A stretch of 64,000 nt of DNA from Reclinomonas americana ATCC 50394 (taxonomy: Eukaryota). The stretch lies in assembly GCA_048213135.1 (NCBI GenBank), contig PS015299.1:91987-155986 (forward strand), in the 5' to 3' direction. The position numbers and the translations under genes are program-made. Position 1 is the first letter of the stretch, and each line of letters opens with the position of its first letter. The notes under the pieces were generated by a model. That model ran no database searches, was not told the DNA's origin, and saw nothing but the letters and a program-made list of their open reading frames with translations. Below are positions 13,947 through 25,655 of the stretch, in pieces.

Positions 13947-16649
13947 GAACAGGGCGACACTGTGTATGCACGTTGACATCCTTGAATGCAGCTTGCGCAA
14001 GACCGAAACGCGAGTCAAGACACGCGGCGACATGGGTGTTGCGTTGTATGCACGGTGGCGTTGTGTGACATCTACTCTCTCACTTGGTTGCCTGTCTGCA
14101 GCAACTGTCGGCCGATGACGAGGACGACGCGAGTCGGAGGTGAGGGCCACGCTCTCGTCGTCCTCTCCCTCCCTCCTTCTCACCTTCATCTCGATTGCAG
14201 AATTGTGTCCCCACGGACGCTGGCGGCACGCGGCGTCCCGCAATCACTGTGGATCTCGAAGAGTCGCGATGGAGCGTCGTGGCACGTCAGCGGGTGCCCG
14301 AGCCAGGAGTTTGTTACCCCTGAAGCGGTGGCTCGTGTGCGGGAACAGTTGGAGGCCACAGGCCTGCCAGTTTCGTAAGGCTCTCTTGTTGTTCTTGTCT
14401 CACCAAGTCTCTCTGTCACTGTTCTCTCGCCATGCTGCTCCTTTCGTCGTGCTCCACTCTGTCGCTGTGCTCCACTCTGTCGCTGTGCTCCACTCTGTCG
14501 CTGTGCTCCACTCTGTCGCTGTGCTCCACTCTGTCGCTGTGCTCCACTCTGTCGCTGTGCTCCACTCTGTTGGTGTGCACTCCTTTCTCGCTGCTTCTCC
14601 CTCTCGCTGCTCCTCCCTCACGCCCTCCTCCCTCTCTCCCTTCTCTCTCTCTTCCTCCTCCTCTCTCACCCTCCAGGTCACCTGGGTGGCCACTCCGCTG
14701 ACATACACCCGCTGGCCGGCGCACCGACGCATCGCTCCGCGTCGCTTCGACGAGACCACGGGAAAGTGGGAAAAATGCGAAGAACCGGTGGCTGTGTCGG
14801 CGAGCGGCGAGGCACCGCGCGAGCTCCGTATTATGCAGTGGAATGTGTGGTTTGACGAGCAGGATCAGGAGCGGCGAATGCGGGGTATATTGGTATGTCA
14901 GCAGCCGCTTCCACCAAAGACGCGCATCGCAATGACCTCGCGCTCGCGTGCAGGCTGTGGTGGCTGCCGAACAGCCCGACATTGTGGCGTTGCAGGAGGT
15001 GGTGACGGAGACGATGCGCTTCATCACATTGGATCCGTACGTGCGCTCGCATTATTACCTGAGCGATGGGCCGGCGGGTGGCACGCTTGGCCAGTACGGT
15101 GGGTTTGCGAGGGAGGAGTGAGCGAAGAGTGAGAAGCGTCGAATCGCTGACTCCGTTGATTTCACAGGCTCGGTCATCATATCACGATATCCGCTCGACA
15201 ACTTGTGCCTGTTCGACTTTCCGTCGCGCTTGAATCGCGTGTTGTTGTGGGGTACCATTCGTGTGGGTGGCTCGGCGGCACCGGCGGATGATGTAGTGGT
15301 GGGTACGGTGCATTTGGAGAGTTTGCAGCGGTCGGTGGAGTATCGGCAGACGCAGGTGGGTGGAATTGGGAAAGCAAGCAGGGGAATGGATGAGGGCAAA
15401 AAGGGGAAGGGGGATGGGGAAAGGGGGAAAGGGGGAAAGGGGAAGGGAGAAGGGAGAGGGAAGGAGGCGGATGGGGAGGGGAGGCGAGGGAAGTAGGCGA
15501 GGGGGGAGGAGAGGGAAGGGAGAAGGGAGAAGGGAAGAGAAGGAAGGGGGAGGCGAAGAGGAAGAGGGGAATGGAGAAAGGAGAACGGAGAAGCGGGAAG
15601 TGTGTGCGTTCGTGTGGGCAGGGCATTAAGAGTATGAATTAAGCGGACCGTATTGCTGATGTTGGTTTGTTTGAACCTTCCTCTCGTTCTTCGGAGGGAG
15701 CAAGTGAGGAACGCGTATGGATACAACGCGTGATGTGGGACCAAAGTAACGCTGATTGTCGTTCTGTTTCCTGTGGGTGTTCCACCGTTTCTCTCCCATT
15801 GTGGTGATCGATTCTGTTGCCTTCGATGCTCTCTGTCTCTCCTGCAGCTGTCTGTGTGAGAGCGGGAGCGATGGTGGGAGCGAGAGTAGAGTACCCTTGG
15901 CGGGAATGAGCAGCTGTTGTTGACCATTTGCTTCAGTAATCTTGCTTGTCGCCTTGCTGAGTGTGTGAGTGAGCAGAGTGATTGCAGAGAGAGTCATCGT
16001 TGTTGCTTGATCGTGTCCGATGTTGCTCCTCTCACGTGCGAGTGAGTGCCACCCACCCTTTCCTCCTCCCCCCGCCTTCGTGTGCTCCGCTCATGCTCTG
16101 CTACACGCAGCTCAACTTGGCGTACGAGTTGCTCCGCGACCAGTGCTCCACGCAAGGCTGCTCCGCGGCGATCCTCCTTGGCGATTTCAACTTTACGCTG
16201 CCAACGGAGGACAGTAACATTCCGCCTGATTTTGTAGACGTGTGGGCGCGCTTGCACCCAGAGGATCCAGGTGAGAGGTGGTGCGAGTAGTAGGAGAATC
16301 CAAGCACGCTCTCATGGATGTGGCAGGCTTTACGCGAGATCCTGTGCGCAACGGCATGTGCCCGCGACACGAACCGCAGGCCCGCATCGATCGTATCACG
16401 CTGAGCGAGGTGGTCGATGCGCCGCCAGACATGCACTATCAGGAGGTCGCCGACGTTGACTTGATTGTGCGGAGTGATGTGGCCACCAAGCCAGCGGCAA
16501 CCACACCGCCGGTGGCAAATCACGCGTGGCGGCCCGTGGACATTCGGTTGATTGGTACGGAGGCGATGGCGGAGGGTGTGTGGCCGTCGGATCACTTTGG
16601 CTTGCTGACGACGGTGGCGAGGGTGACCGAGGGGCGAGGAGGGGAGTAA
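13274..16649 (+). CDS. TDP2: TDP2-like endonuclease/exonuclease/phosphatase (EEP) protein with N-terminal poly-proline and WH2-like motif, multi-exon
   Basis: EEP motifs occur in order: LRIMQWNVWFD, PDIVALQEV, VGTVHLES, AILLGDFN, FVDVWARLHPEDPG-FTRD, RIDRI, WPSDHFGL. The 5' exons 13274-13434, 13992-14037, 14102-14139 and 14201-14369 splice in frame to 14677. Orthology to TDP2 is inferred from motif style. Confidence 0.82.
14450..14570. repeat. 18-bp intronic tandem repeat (GCTCCACTCTGTCGCTGT)n, ~6-7 copies
   Basis: Directly visible perfect repeats inside intron 14370-14676. Confidence 0.9.
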
Positions 16650-17819
16650 GCGACAGAGAGAGAGAAAGAGTGGGGAGGGAGGGAGAGAGAGAGTTAAATC
16701 CTTATCAGTTCTCTGCGGTGACATAGTCTTCCTCAGTTCATCAACCGCGTTGTGTAGAGTGCTAATACGGATTATCAGCCAGTCCTTTTTCTTACCTCCA
16801 TTGCTCAGTCGATGTGTGCGATATGCTCGCGTTTCATTTCGACAAACCGAGCAAAATAGCAACACTTTTATTTGTCAGCCACGCTGTGTGTGGATCAAGA
16901 TCTTTAGTGTTTCTTCCTCTGAGCACGCGCCTCCTCTTTTACACCCCACTTCTTCTCCACGCACACTCAGATTGTCCTTGACTGGTACGCACCTTTTGTA
17001 TGTGACTTGGCAACCTGGTTTGGCGCCGTGGTCCGCGTATCTGTGCGCGCCTACACGACACTTGTGAGACTCACCGCGAGTTCAGGATGCCAGCGAGCAC
17101 ATCCAGTAGTTGCCAGAGCCGCGGCTGCGCTTGCACTCGACGTCGAGCTCGAGGTCGGTCTCGTCCTCAGCAGCGACACGGGGCGTGCCCTGAATCCAAA
17201 CTAGTACGCTGCCGGCGGGGCAAGAACTTTTCGCATATGCTGCATGTGCGGTGCACAGGAGAGTCGATCTTGTTTCAGAAACATTGCAGCAGAATAGGAG
17301 AACGCAAGAGAGCAGACAACCACCACTCAGTGTGCAGACGTGACCACATACATCTTACTCTTCTGACTCTACTGTCGCTCTCACAGACCATTCAACAGAG
17401 TAGGTGAATACGAATACAAGGTGTAGGAGAGAAGGCTGACGACCACCACATACTGCTCCTCGTGTGTGCTAACACACATCTCACACGATTTCCGTTTCTG
17501 TCAGAAACAAGTGCTCTTGTACAAAGATTTCACTCCAACAACCGCATGCGTGGTGTGGTGTTGTTGGTGCTCGTCGTTTTTCACACCAACCTTACCTACT
17601 TGGCAGTAGCAGAGCACACCGCGTCGTCGCTCAGTGCACGTGTACCACATACTAGCACTCGGAAAGGCACTCGTCGGAGCTGTCGATGGCCAGCGACAAA
17701 GAAGTGTTGAGTTGGACCGAACACTCCTCGCGGCGGCTACCGGCGGCGCAGTGTTCTCTCCATGCTGTGGACAGAGAGCAAGAAAAGGCAAGTTAAGCTG
17801 CACGCACACGTGTGGCGCT

Positions 17820-19280
17820 ACCGCACAAGGAGACACCCACCTCGTATCACGGCCTCGTAATCGAGGCGCAGAATATGCGCACTTTCTCTCGTGTTCACCA
17901 CGCATGCGTTGCTGTCGACGCTAGGGGCACGCGCTGCAGGCAGTTGGATAGTGCTGCNNNNNNNNNNNNNNNNNNNNNNNNNNNNNNNNNNNNNNNNNNN
18001 NNNNNNNNNNNNNNNNNNNNNNNNNNNNNNNNNNNNNNNNNNNNNNNNNNNNNNNNNNNNNNNNNNNNNNNNNNNNNNNNNNNNNNNNNNNNNNNNNNNN
18101 NNNNNNNNNNNNNNNNNNNNNNNNNNNNNNNNNNNNNNNNNNNNNNNNNNNNNNNNNNNNNNNNNNNNNNNNNNNNNNNNNNNNNNNNNNNNNNNNNNNN
18201 NNNNNNNNNNNNNNNNNNNNNNNNNNNNNNNNNNNNNNNNNNNNNNNNNNNNNNNNNNNNNNNNNNNNNNNNNNNNNNNNNNNNNNNNNNNNNNNNNNNN
18301 NNNNNNNNNNNNNNNNNNNNNNNNNNNNNNNNNNNNNNNNNNNNNNNNNNNNNNNNNNNNNNNNNNNNNNNNNNNNNNNNNNNNNNNNNNNNNNNNNNNN
18401 NNNNNNNNNNNNNNNCCAGTACTGCAGTGGCGCCGGCGAGGCTGGGAAGAGCCACCACCACCAAGACTCCCAACACCGATCAACGGCAGTGTCCAAGTGG
18501 GAGGGTGGGCGGGAGAATCGGGGTTGGAGGAAGCCACCAGGTGGTTCACTCGCACGAAGGCGGCAAACCACGGGAACAATCATCCAATGGATTGCAGGAC
18601 GGAGTGACAGATGGAGAGATAATCGACAGCTGTCTAACGACGTCGGCAATCCTTCTGCAATGAGCGACTTTCCGTATTATGTGCCTGCTCTGCAGACAGT
18701 TGGATATCTGACACTGTCGACGTCGTGGCACTTGTGTCTGCGAGAAGATGCGCAAGACCTGTGCGTCGCAGTCTGGCCCGCTGATTCTGAAACCATCTGC
18801 GGACGACTAATCTGTAAAGGCGCTGGCACAGTGAGCACGAGGCTGTGCGCAAGCGTGCGGTGAGCTGAGCGTACGTACGACGAGAGGTCGAGTTCCGTGG
18901 CCAAGCTCGCGCGCAGAAGCTTGTTGGGGTACTTTTCTCGCGCGAATGTATCATGTAGGGACTTGAGTTGGGCCGCTGAAAGGCACTGTGCAAAGCGAGT
19001 CTTCAGCATGTCGAGGAGTATTGGGAAAAAGATCGCACCGCTTACTTGCGGCATTGATTCTGGTTGTCTCCGATCGCGGCGACGAGCGGCGAGGTCCTCA
19101 CCCAGCCGACTGGGCGGCGACGCAACGCTCTCATTGTCCACGACTACATCAGTATCAACACACAGGTTGGCGTGCATGTGCGGTACTTCCTCTCCACTGC
19201 AAGGAAGAAGATTCAATGACCCAGATATGGAGTCGGGGTCGGGGACAAGATTCCAACCACACAATGTCATATTAGGAAAT
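17820..19280 (-). CDS. Homeobox transcription factor (non-TALE, Q50 homeodomain), multi-exon, interrupted by an assembly gap; ends approximate
   Basis: Exons 18985-18879 and 18811 onward splice to LSAAQLKSLHDTFAREKYPNKLLRASLATELDLSSLVVRRWFQNQRARLRR. This matches homeodomain spacing Q12 L13 L16 F20 Y25 P26 R31 L34 A35 L38 L40 V45 W48 F49 Q50 N51 R53. Confidence 0.88.
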
Positions 19281-21309
19281 CTGCAGCCTGAACTTTTTAT
19301 TGCCCTAAGTTTCCGACAGGTTTTTACAAAGAAAGAAAAAAACAAAAGCTGTAACCACCACTCTCGCGCATGATGCACCGATGTGCTTTCCGCACGCAGC
19401 CTCGCGCTGACAACATGTCGAGACGCCTCCGCGCACGCCACACTGCGCATGGTCAGCCGCGAAAGAAAAGTTCGCTTGGGCGCACGACAGTCCATCCTCT
19501 GCACAAAGTCTATCAGCGACCCCTCCTTGACCCCTGATCTCTATTCTGCACCCGCACTGACATCTCGGTCTCGCACTGCCCACCATCGAAGCGCCGCAGT
19601 CATCGTCGATATCATCACGGATACGGAGTTTCGTGGCAGTGAGTGAGTGAGCTCGAGCGTGTCGGTGCGCTCAGAGACTTCTGCTGACTGTCGGCGCGGT
19701 GAATGAATGGGAGACAGATAATTCACAGCGTGGCATGGCGGATAGAAAGAGAGAGAGATAAGAGAATGAGTGAGTGGGAGAGCTCCAGCTGCTGCTGCTC
19801 TGTTCAGGTGAGAGAGTGAGGGAAATGTTGTGATGACAACAGCTGACTCGGTGTGCGCGAAGACCTGTAACTATCGTGTTGTGCGACACATGGTGTTTAA
19901 CGAGTGACGAGTACGCTGCAAGTACAACTGAGTGCCACAAAAGACAGGAGAGATTTCCCAGCATCGCAGAGAGCAACGCACCGCAGAAGAGAGTTGAAAC
20001 CAAGGGTCTCTGGTCGCGTAACGACAGGAAACTGTATCGATCACGTTTCCCTCTCTCAGCGGCAAACAGTACTAGTGCCCCGTGTGCTCCATCATGATTC
20101 ACCAGCCAAACAACATGCTGCATAACCCATCAACCACGCGTTGCTCTGTGAAGACACCCCAGTGACGGTGTGCGCGCATGCGCCACATTCGCTTGTGGGC
20201 ATGTCTCACACAAAAGAACGTGCCACTCACTCACAGTCTTGTCGCCCTGTTGCACAACACAAGTGTAGGAGTGCATGAGCTGCGTGTCTCCAGCTACGCA
20301 CACATCACACGCACCCGCATACCACCATTGTGTCAGGAGAAACAGGTAGCATCATGAGTGCGAGCCACGTGCACATCCATCCTCTGTGCTCTTTAGCGGA
20401 GCACCAGAACGATTCATCGCCACCACCGCTGTACGATACACACGAGACGCACTCGGCGACAGTGCCTCGCTAGTGTTCATGATCATAGTGCATGCGCACA
20501 CGCCCTGCACAAATGAGGTGAGTGGACGACGAGCGATCATTCAGGCGCCAGCCACGAAGATGCCACACACCTTCCCCCCCCTGCATGGTGTGGTGCATCA
20601 AATAAGTCAAGAGATGGTGGGTCACAGGCGACGCACAAACTGTCAATTCACCGCACACCCAGCGACAAATATGGGCATTTCAACAAGTACTAGCAGTGAG
20701 TTGGCAAGTAAGCAATGCAGCGCACAATGCAAGAGAAGACAGACAGGGAGACAAAGCGAGAGAGAGTGCTTTGTGTCACTGCGGATCACATCATACACTC
20801 CGATCTCGCCGTATCTCTGCCACACATTGCCGACCGTCTCGTGAAACGCCGGACGATACGTGTGCGTGCGACACACACAAAAAATTGGCTGGTGAGAGAG
20901 AAAATTGGCTGGTGAGAGAGAGAGAGAGAGAGTGTGAGAGAGAGAGAGAGTAAGAGTCAGTTTGTTGCACAACATAGCATGTGTGCGTGTGTCGCAATCT
21001 GCTCACCCGAATGTCTGCCATACGCCGGTAAAAATGCTCTTGAACGGGCCAGAATGCTTGACTCTCTGCACGCAACGCATGCGCGCATCATTCCTACCGA
21101 GCAAGGTGAGATGACCAAGAAAAGGCAGCGCGCTAAACAACAGAAGGGGGGAAGAGGAAAGAAGCATGAGGCGCACACGAGAGCAGATGAAGAGAGAGAG
21201 AGAGAGCAGAAAAAAGAGAGCAGAGCAAGAGAGTGGAGAAATAGAGAGAAGAGAGAGACATAGGAAGAATACCGCAAGAATCAAGCAGTGCAAGATGTAC
21301 ATGGAGAAA

Positions 21310-21795
21310 GACGAGGCGACAGACGGATGAGGCAAGCACCCAACGAGGTGAGGAATGGAGACAGTGGAAGAGGCAAGGGCGGTGTAGGGGAGGATAGTGG
21401 GAAGACGAGGCGACAGACGGATGAGGCAAGTACCCAACGAGGTGAGGAATGGAGACAGTGGAAGGAGGCAAGGGCGGTGTAGGGGAGGATAGTGGGAAGA
21501 CGAGGCGACAGACGGATGAGGCAAGTACCCAACGAGGTGAGGAATGGAGACAGTGGAAAGAGGCAAGGGCGGTGTAGGGGAGGATGGTAGGAAGACGAAG
21601 AGGCACACCGATGAGGCAAGCACCCAGCGAGGATGGAGACAGTGGAAAGAGGCAAGGGCGGTGTAGGGGAGGATGGTAGGAAGACGAGGCGACAGACGGA
21701 TGAGGCAAGTGGAAAGAGGCAAGGGCGGTGTAGGGGAGGATGGTAGGAAGACGAGGCGACAGACGGATGAGGCAAGCACCCAGCGATGGAGACGG
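21310..21795. repeat. ~95-bp minisatellite, ~5.5 copies with internal deletions in the last units
   Basis: The motif GACGAGGCGACAGACGGATGAGGCAAG recurs at 21310, 21404, 21499, 21594 (variant), 21683 and 21750. Confidence 0.9.
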
Positions 21796-22138
21796 TGAGT
21801 GGCGGGCGAAACAGCCACCTCAGTATGCTGTAAAAACGAGCTCTCACTCGGTCTTATGCAAGTCATGATTGACAGGGCGGGGCCTGGAAAGGCTCGAGTG
21901 CGCCAGCACGACTGCGAGGCAGCATCTGAATGGAAGTGCATCTTCATATCTCTCTCACACATTCTCCTTCTCTCTCTCTCTTCATCGCTTTCTCCATCTC
22001 TCGTCTCACCAGATAGACCATCAACATTACGTGGACGGCCGACTCCTACTGGAACAGCACTCACTCTTGCCAGGTCGGGCGTAGAGGATACCTCGCACAG
22101 ATCCGCACGTGACGCACACATCGAGGAGACATGACGAC

Positions 22139-22194
<56 letters not shown>

Positions 22195-22279
22195 TTACGT
22201 GTGGTGCGAGAGAGTCGTCCTGCATGACTTGGATATCGCGTCACGCATCGTCACACACGCACTTGCAGTTGCCAGGCGA

Positions 22280-22575
22280 AGAGTGCAGGGTTGAAAGAGA
22301 CAAGCACATACACACAGTGATCAAGGGTTGGGGGTGGAGAGAGACAGTGATTGCGCACACACCCATACCGATCAAGGGTCGAGGGTGGAGAAAGACACTG
22401 GTCACACAGCATCCGTGAAGAGAGGGTGGAGAGAGATGCTGATAACACACAAGCATATTGATCAGGGGTTGAGGGTAGAGAGAGAGACACTGATGCATAT
22501 GCACACACCGATCAAGGGTTGATGGTAGAGAGAGACATTGATTGCACCCATACACTGATCAAGGGTTGAGGTGCA
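22280..22575. repeat. ~48-bp minisatellite family (CACCGATCAAGGGTTGAGGGTGGAGAGAGACACTGAT...), locus 1
   Basis: About 6 degenerate copies; the same unit occurs at 31855-32452. Confidence 0.85.
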
Positions 22576-22623
22576 GCCCATGTATACTTTTCTCCTTTTC
22601 GTTTCGTGTGCGGTGCGGTGCAG

Positions 22624-22853
22624 ACCCGCATTGATGCATCACGCGTTGTGAGGTGGTCGACCAGGAGGTTGCGGACGTGGACTTGATCGTGCGGCGTGCC
22701 GTGATCACCACACCGCCGGTGTCGAATCAAGCGTGGCGGCCCGTGGCCATTCAACTCATTAGCACGGAGGCGATTTCGGAGGGCGTGTGGCCGTCGTATT
22801 ACTTTGGATTGCTGGCGACTGTGGCGCGGGTGACGGCGGCGCGGGGAGTATGA
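22624..22853 (+). pseudogene. Degenerate duplicate of the last exon of the TDP2-like gene
   Basis: QEVADVDLIVR...PPVSNQAWRPVAIQLISTEAISEGVWPSYYFGLLATVARVT aligns with 16380-16649. Catalytic SDH is changed to SYY, there are internal deletions, and no upstream exons are seen. Confidence 0.85.
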
Positions 22854-23729
22854 GAGACAGGGGAGAGAGTTGACTCCCAGTACAACCCTTGCCGTTGTAA
22901 ATCAACCAAGCTGTGTTGCTCAGCATGGGGGATCGTTGCTCTTTTCACTCCGAGCGCCTGTGTTCTCTCTCAGCTGCTTCTCTTCTTGTTGTGCTCCACT
23001 TCGCAATCACAGCACCGTTGTTTGCCATGCTGCATAGATCATGTTTCCTTGTCTCTTGGTGCAACCCTCTAGCTGCAGTGGCTTCCATTCGTCGGTCCCC
23101 TTTTCTCTTACTCAGCCACGCACACCTCACAGATGCCGCCGATATCATCTGTGAGCCATTGCTCCTTCACCCTCTTCGGGCTCGTCATTTGCTTGTTTTC
23201 GCTCTGTCTCCTCGTCCTTTCTTGCACGTACTCAGCCCGCTCGCACTCTTGACTGGCACGCATGTCATTGTGCGACTGGACAGTATTTGTGTTCGACATC
23301 CGTATCGATGACGAAAAATGCGCTGGGTGTGCTGTGTGCAACACAGTTGCAACACGCTGAGATGGTAATGCAGGACTCTTGTTTCGGTTGTAACACGCGG
23401 GGAGCAGGCAACAGGGTAGGCAAGTACACGAGGAGCACAAGACAACGCAAGTGGACAACTCGCAAGGTTCACGATTGCGATTTCCGTACAAGCCATGTCT
23501 GTCGCGTTACAACCCCAACGTCGCTCGGTGAGGCGCACTAACGCTCATGCGGAATGGGAGAGTGAAGATGCCGAGTCGACTTGGACAGAGCGCTGTGTTC
23601 CTCCTGACCAGTCACCGCGGCGCAGCGTTCCCTCCACGCTGTTGCAGGAGCAAAGAAAAGCAAGCGAGTTGCAGCTACTTATCTGCGTACGCACACTATG
23701 GTGTGGCTGCATGAAGCCGGACAAATAGC

Positions 23730-24290
23730 GCACCTTGAATCACGGTCTCATAATCAAGACGCAAAATATGCAGCAGCTGGTGCTTGTTCGTGTCTCGAGC
23801 AGGAGCGTCATCATCAGTGGCCCGTGCTGGCTGCTCACAGGGCACATGATGATATGCAGGCACTAGGGCAACAGCGGCGGCGGCCGGCGCTGTTTTTGTG
23901 AGAAGATGCGCATAGCCAGTGCGTCGCAGTCTGGCCCGCTGATTTTGAAACCACCTGCGGACGACCATTCTGTGAACGCGCTGAGTGTGGTGAGTACGAG
24001 AAAATAAATAAAAGGCACATGACAGTCGGCGGGGAAGAGCACGCACGAGGAGAGCTCGAGCTCCGTGACCAAGCTTGCGCGCAGAAGCTTGTCAGGGTAC
24101 TTTTCTCGTAGCAAATGTCTCTTGTAACGACTTGAGTTGAGTCGGTGAGAGGCTCTGTGTGAAGCGCGCGCTTCAGTGCGTCGAGAAGTACATGAAGAAG
24201 AGATCACGCCGCTCACATGCGGCATCGAGTCAGGTTGTTGACGTCTCCGTTCACGGCGACGAGCGGCGAGGTCAAACCGCGTCCGCCGAC
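23730..24290 (-). pseudogene. Second homeobox copy with an apparent +1 frameshift in helix 1 (pseudogene or sequencing error)
   Basis: SLSPTQLKSLQETFA/REKYPDKLLRASLVTELELSS-MVVRRWFQNQRARLRR...HILRLDYETVIQG has the same intron positions as the 17.8-19.3 kb copy. There is an extra base near 24110. Confidence 0.75.
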
Positions 24291-25436
24291 TGTACATGTG
24301 TGCACACTCCTTGTCCGCATGCACATCCACGCAAGCGCATATTACGCACAGGTCGCTGTGCATGTTGCGTGCAACTGTTGTAACTCAGGCGACAAATGGC
24401 TGCAATATGCGGGACGGGAATCCAACAACCATGCAGGACGAATTCGGCATTCAGCCGCCGCATGACTTACNNNNNNNNNNNNNNNNNNNNNNNNNNNNNN
24501 NNNNNNNNNNNNNNNNNNNNNNNNNNNNNNNNNNNNNNNNNNNNNNNNNNNNNNNNNNNNNNNNNNNNNNNNNNNNNNNNNNNNNNNNNNNNNNNNNNNN
24601 NNNNNNNNNNNNNNNNNNNNNNNNNNNNNNNNNNNNNNNNNNNNNNNNNNNNNNNNNNNNNNNNNNNNNNNNNNNNNNNNNNNNNNNNNNNNNNNNNNNN
24701 NNNNNNNNNNNNNNNNNNNNNNNNNNNNNNNNNNNNNNNNNNNNNNNNNNNNNNNNNNNNNNNNNNNNNNNNNNNNNNNNNNNNNNNNNNNNNNNNNNNN
24801 NNNNNNNNNNNNNNNNNNNNNNNNNNNNNNNNNNNNNNNNNNNNNNNNNNNNNNNNNNNNNNNNNNNNNNNNNNNNNNNNNNNNNNNNNNNNNNNNNNNN
24901 NNNNNNNNNNNNNNNNNNNNNNNNNNNNNNNNNNNNNNNNNNNTCTCTCTCTCCTCCTCTCTCTCTCTCTCTCTCTTCTTCTCTCTTCTCTCTCTCTTCT
25001 CTCTCTCTCTCTCTCTCTCTCACTCCCTCTCTCTCTCTCTTCTCTTCTCTTCTCTTTCTCTCTGTCTATCTCTCCCATCTCCGCTGTCTCTATTTGTCTC
25101 TGTTTCTCTCTCTGACAGTCAGGTCAAGGATCGAAGCGCTGCGGTGCAGTAACACATTCGCGACACGGAGAAAGAGATTACAGCCGTGGGCGGCCGACAC
25201 CTGACGACAACAACAAGTACTTAAACAACAAATAAGACGACTCCACGGGAAGACACGGGAAGGCCGACGCCGGGCGGAGGAACTTGAGCTCAACCAGAAG
25301 CAGCACGCTGAGGACAATCGCCGATTGCAACCCCGGCCTGCCACCATCGACGCCATCCGCCACGACAGACTCCGGATAGATGGAGAGAAAGAAATGCAGG
25401 GAGATAGACGGAGAGAGAGGGAGAGAACGAGATTGG

Positions 25437-25509
<73 letters not shown>

Positions 25510-25655
25510 ACAGAAAGAGAAAGATGGAGAGAGAAAGACGCGAAAGTGGACATGTTCGTTCGAATGCGGTGGACGTGTGTGTCCGCTGAGCAGCGTTGGT
25601 GCGAGAAACATTGTGTGTGTGTGTGCGCGTGTGTATTTGAACAGTACCTTTGCAG

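Noticed and set aside
19600-21300. Several short ORFs between the homeobox gene and the minisatellite
   Set aside because: No recognisable motifs or consistent exon chain.
21310-21795. Regularly spaced repeats resembling a CRISPR array (also the 48-bp arrays)
   Set aside because: The units repeat in full with no unique spacers, there are no cas genes, and the context is eukaryotic.
25120-25385. Short coiled-coil-like frame (QQVLKQQIRRLHGKTREGRRRAEELELNQKQH)
   Set aside because: It is preceded by an in-frame stop, flanked by a gap and microsatellites, and cannot be linked to a gene.
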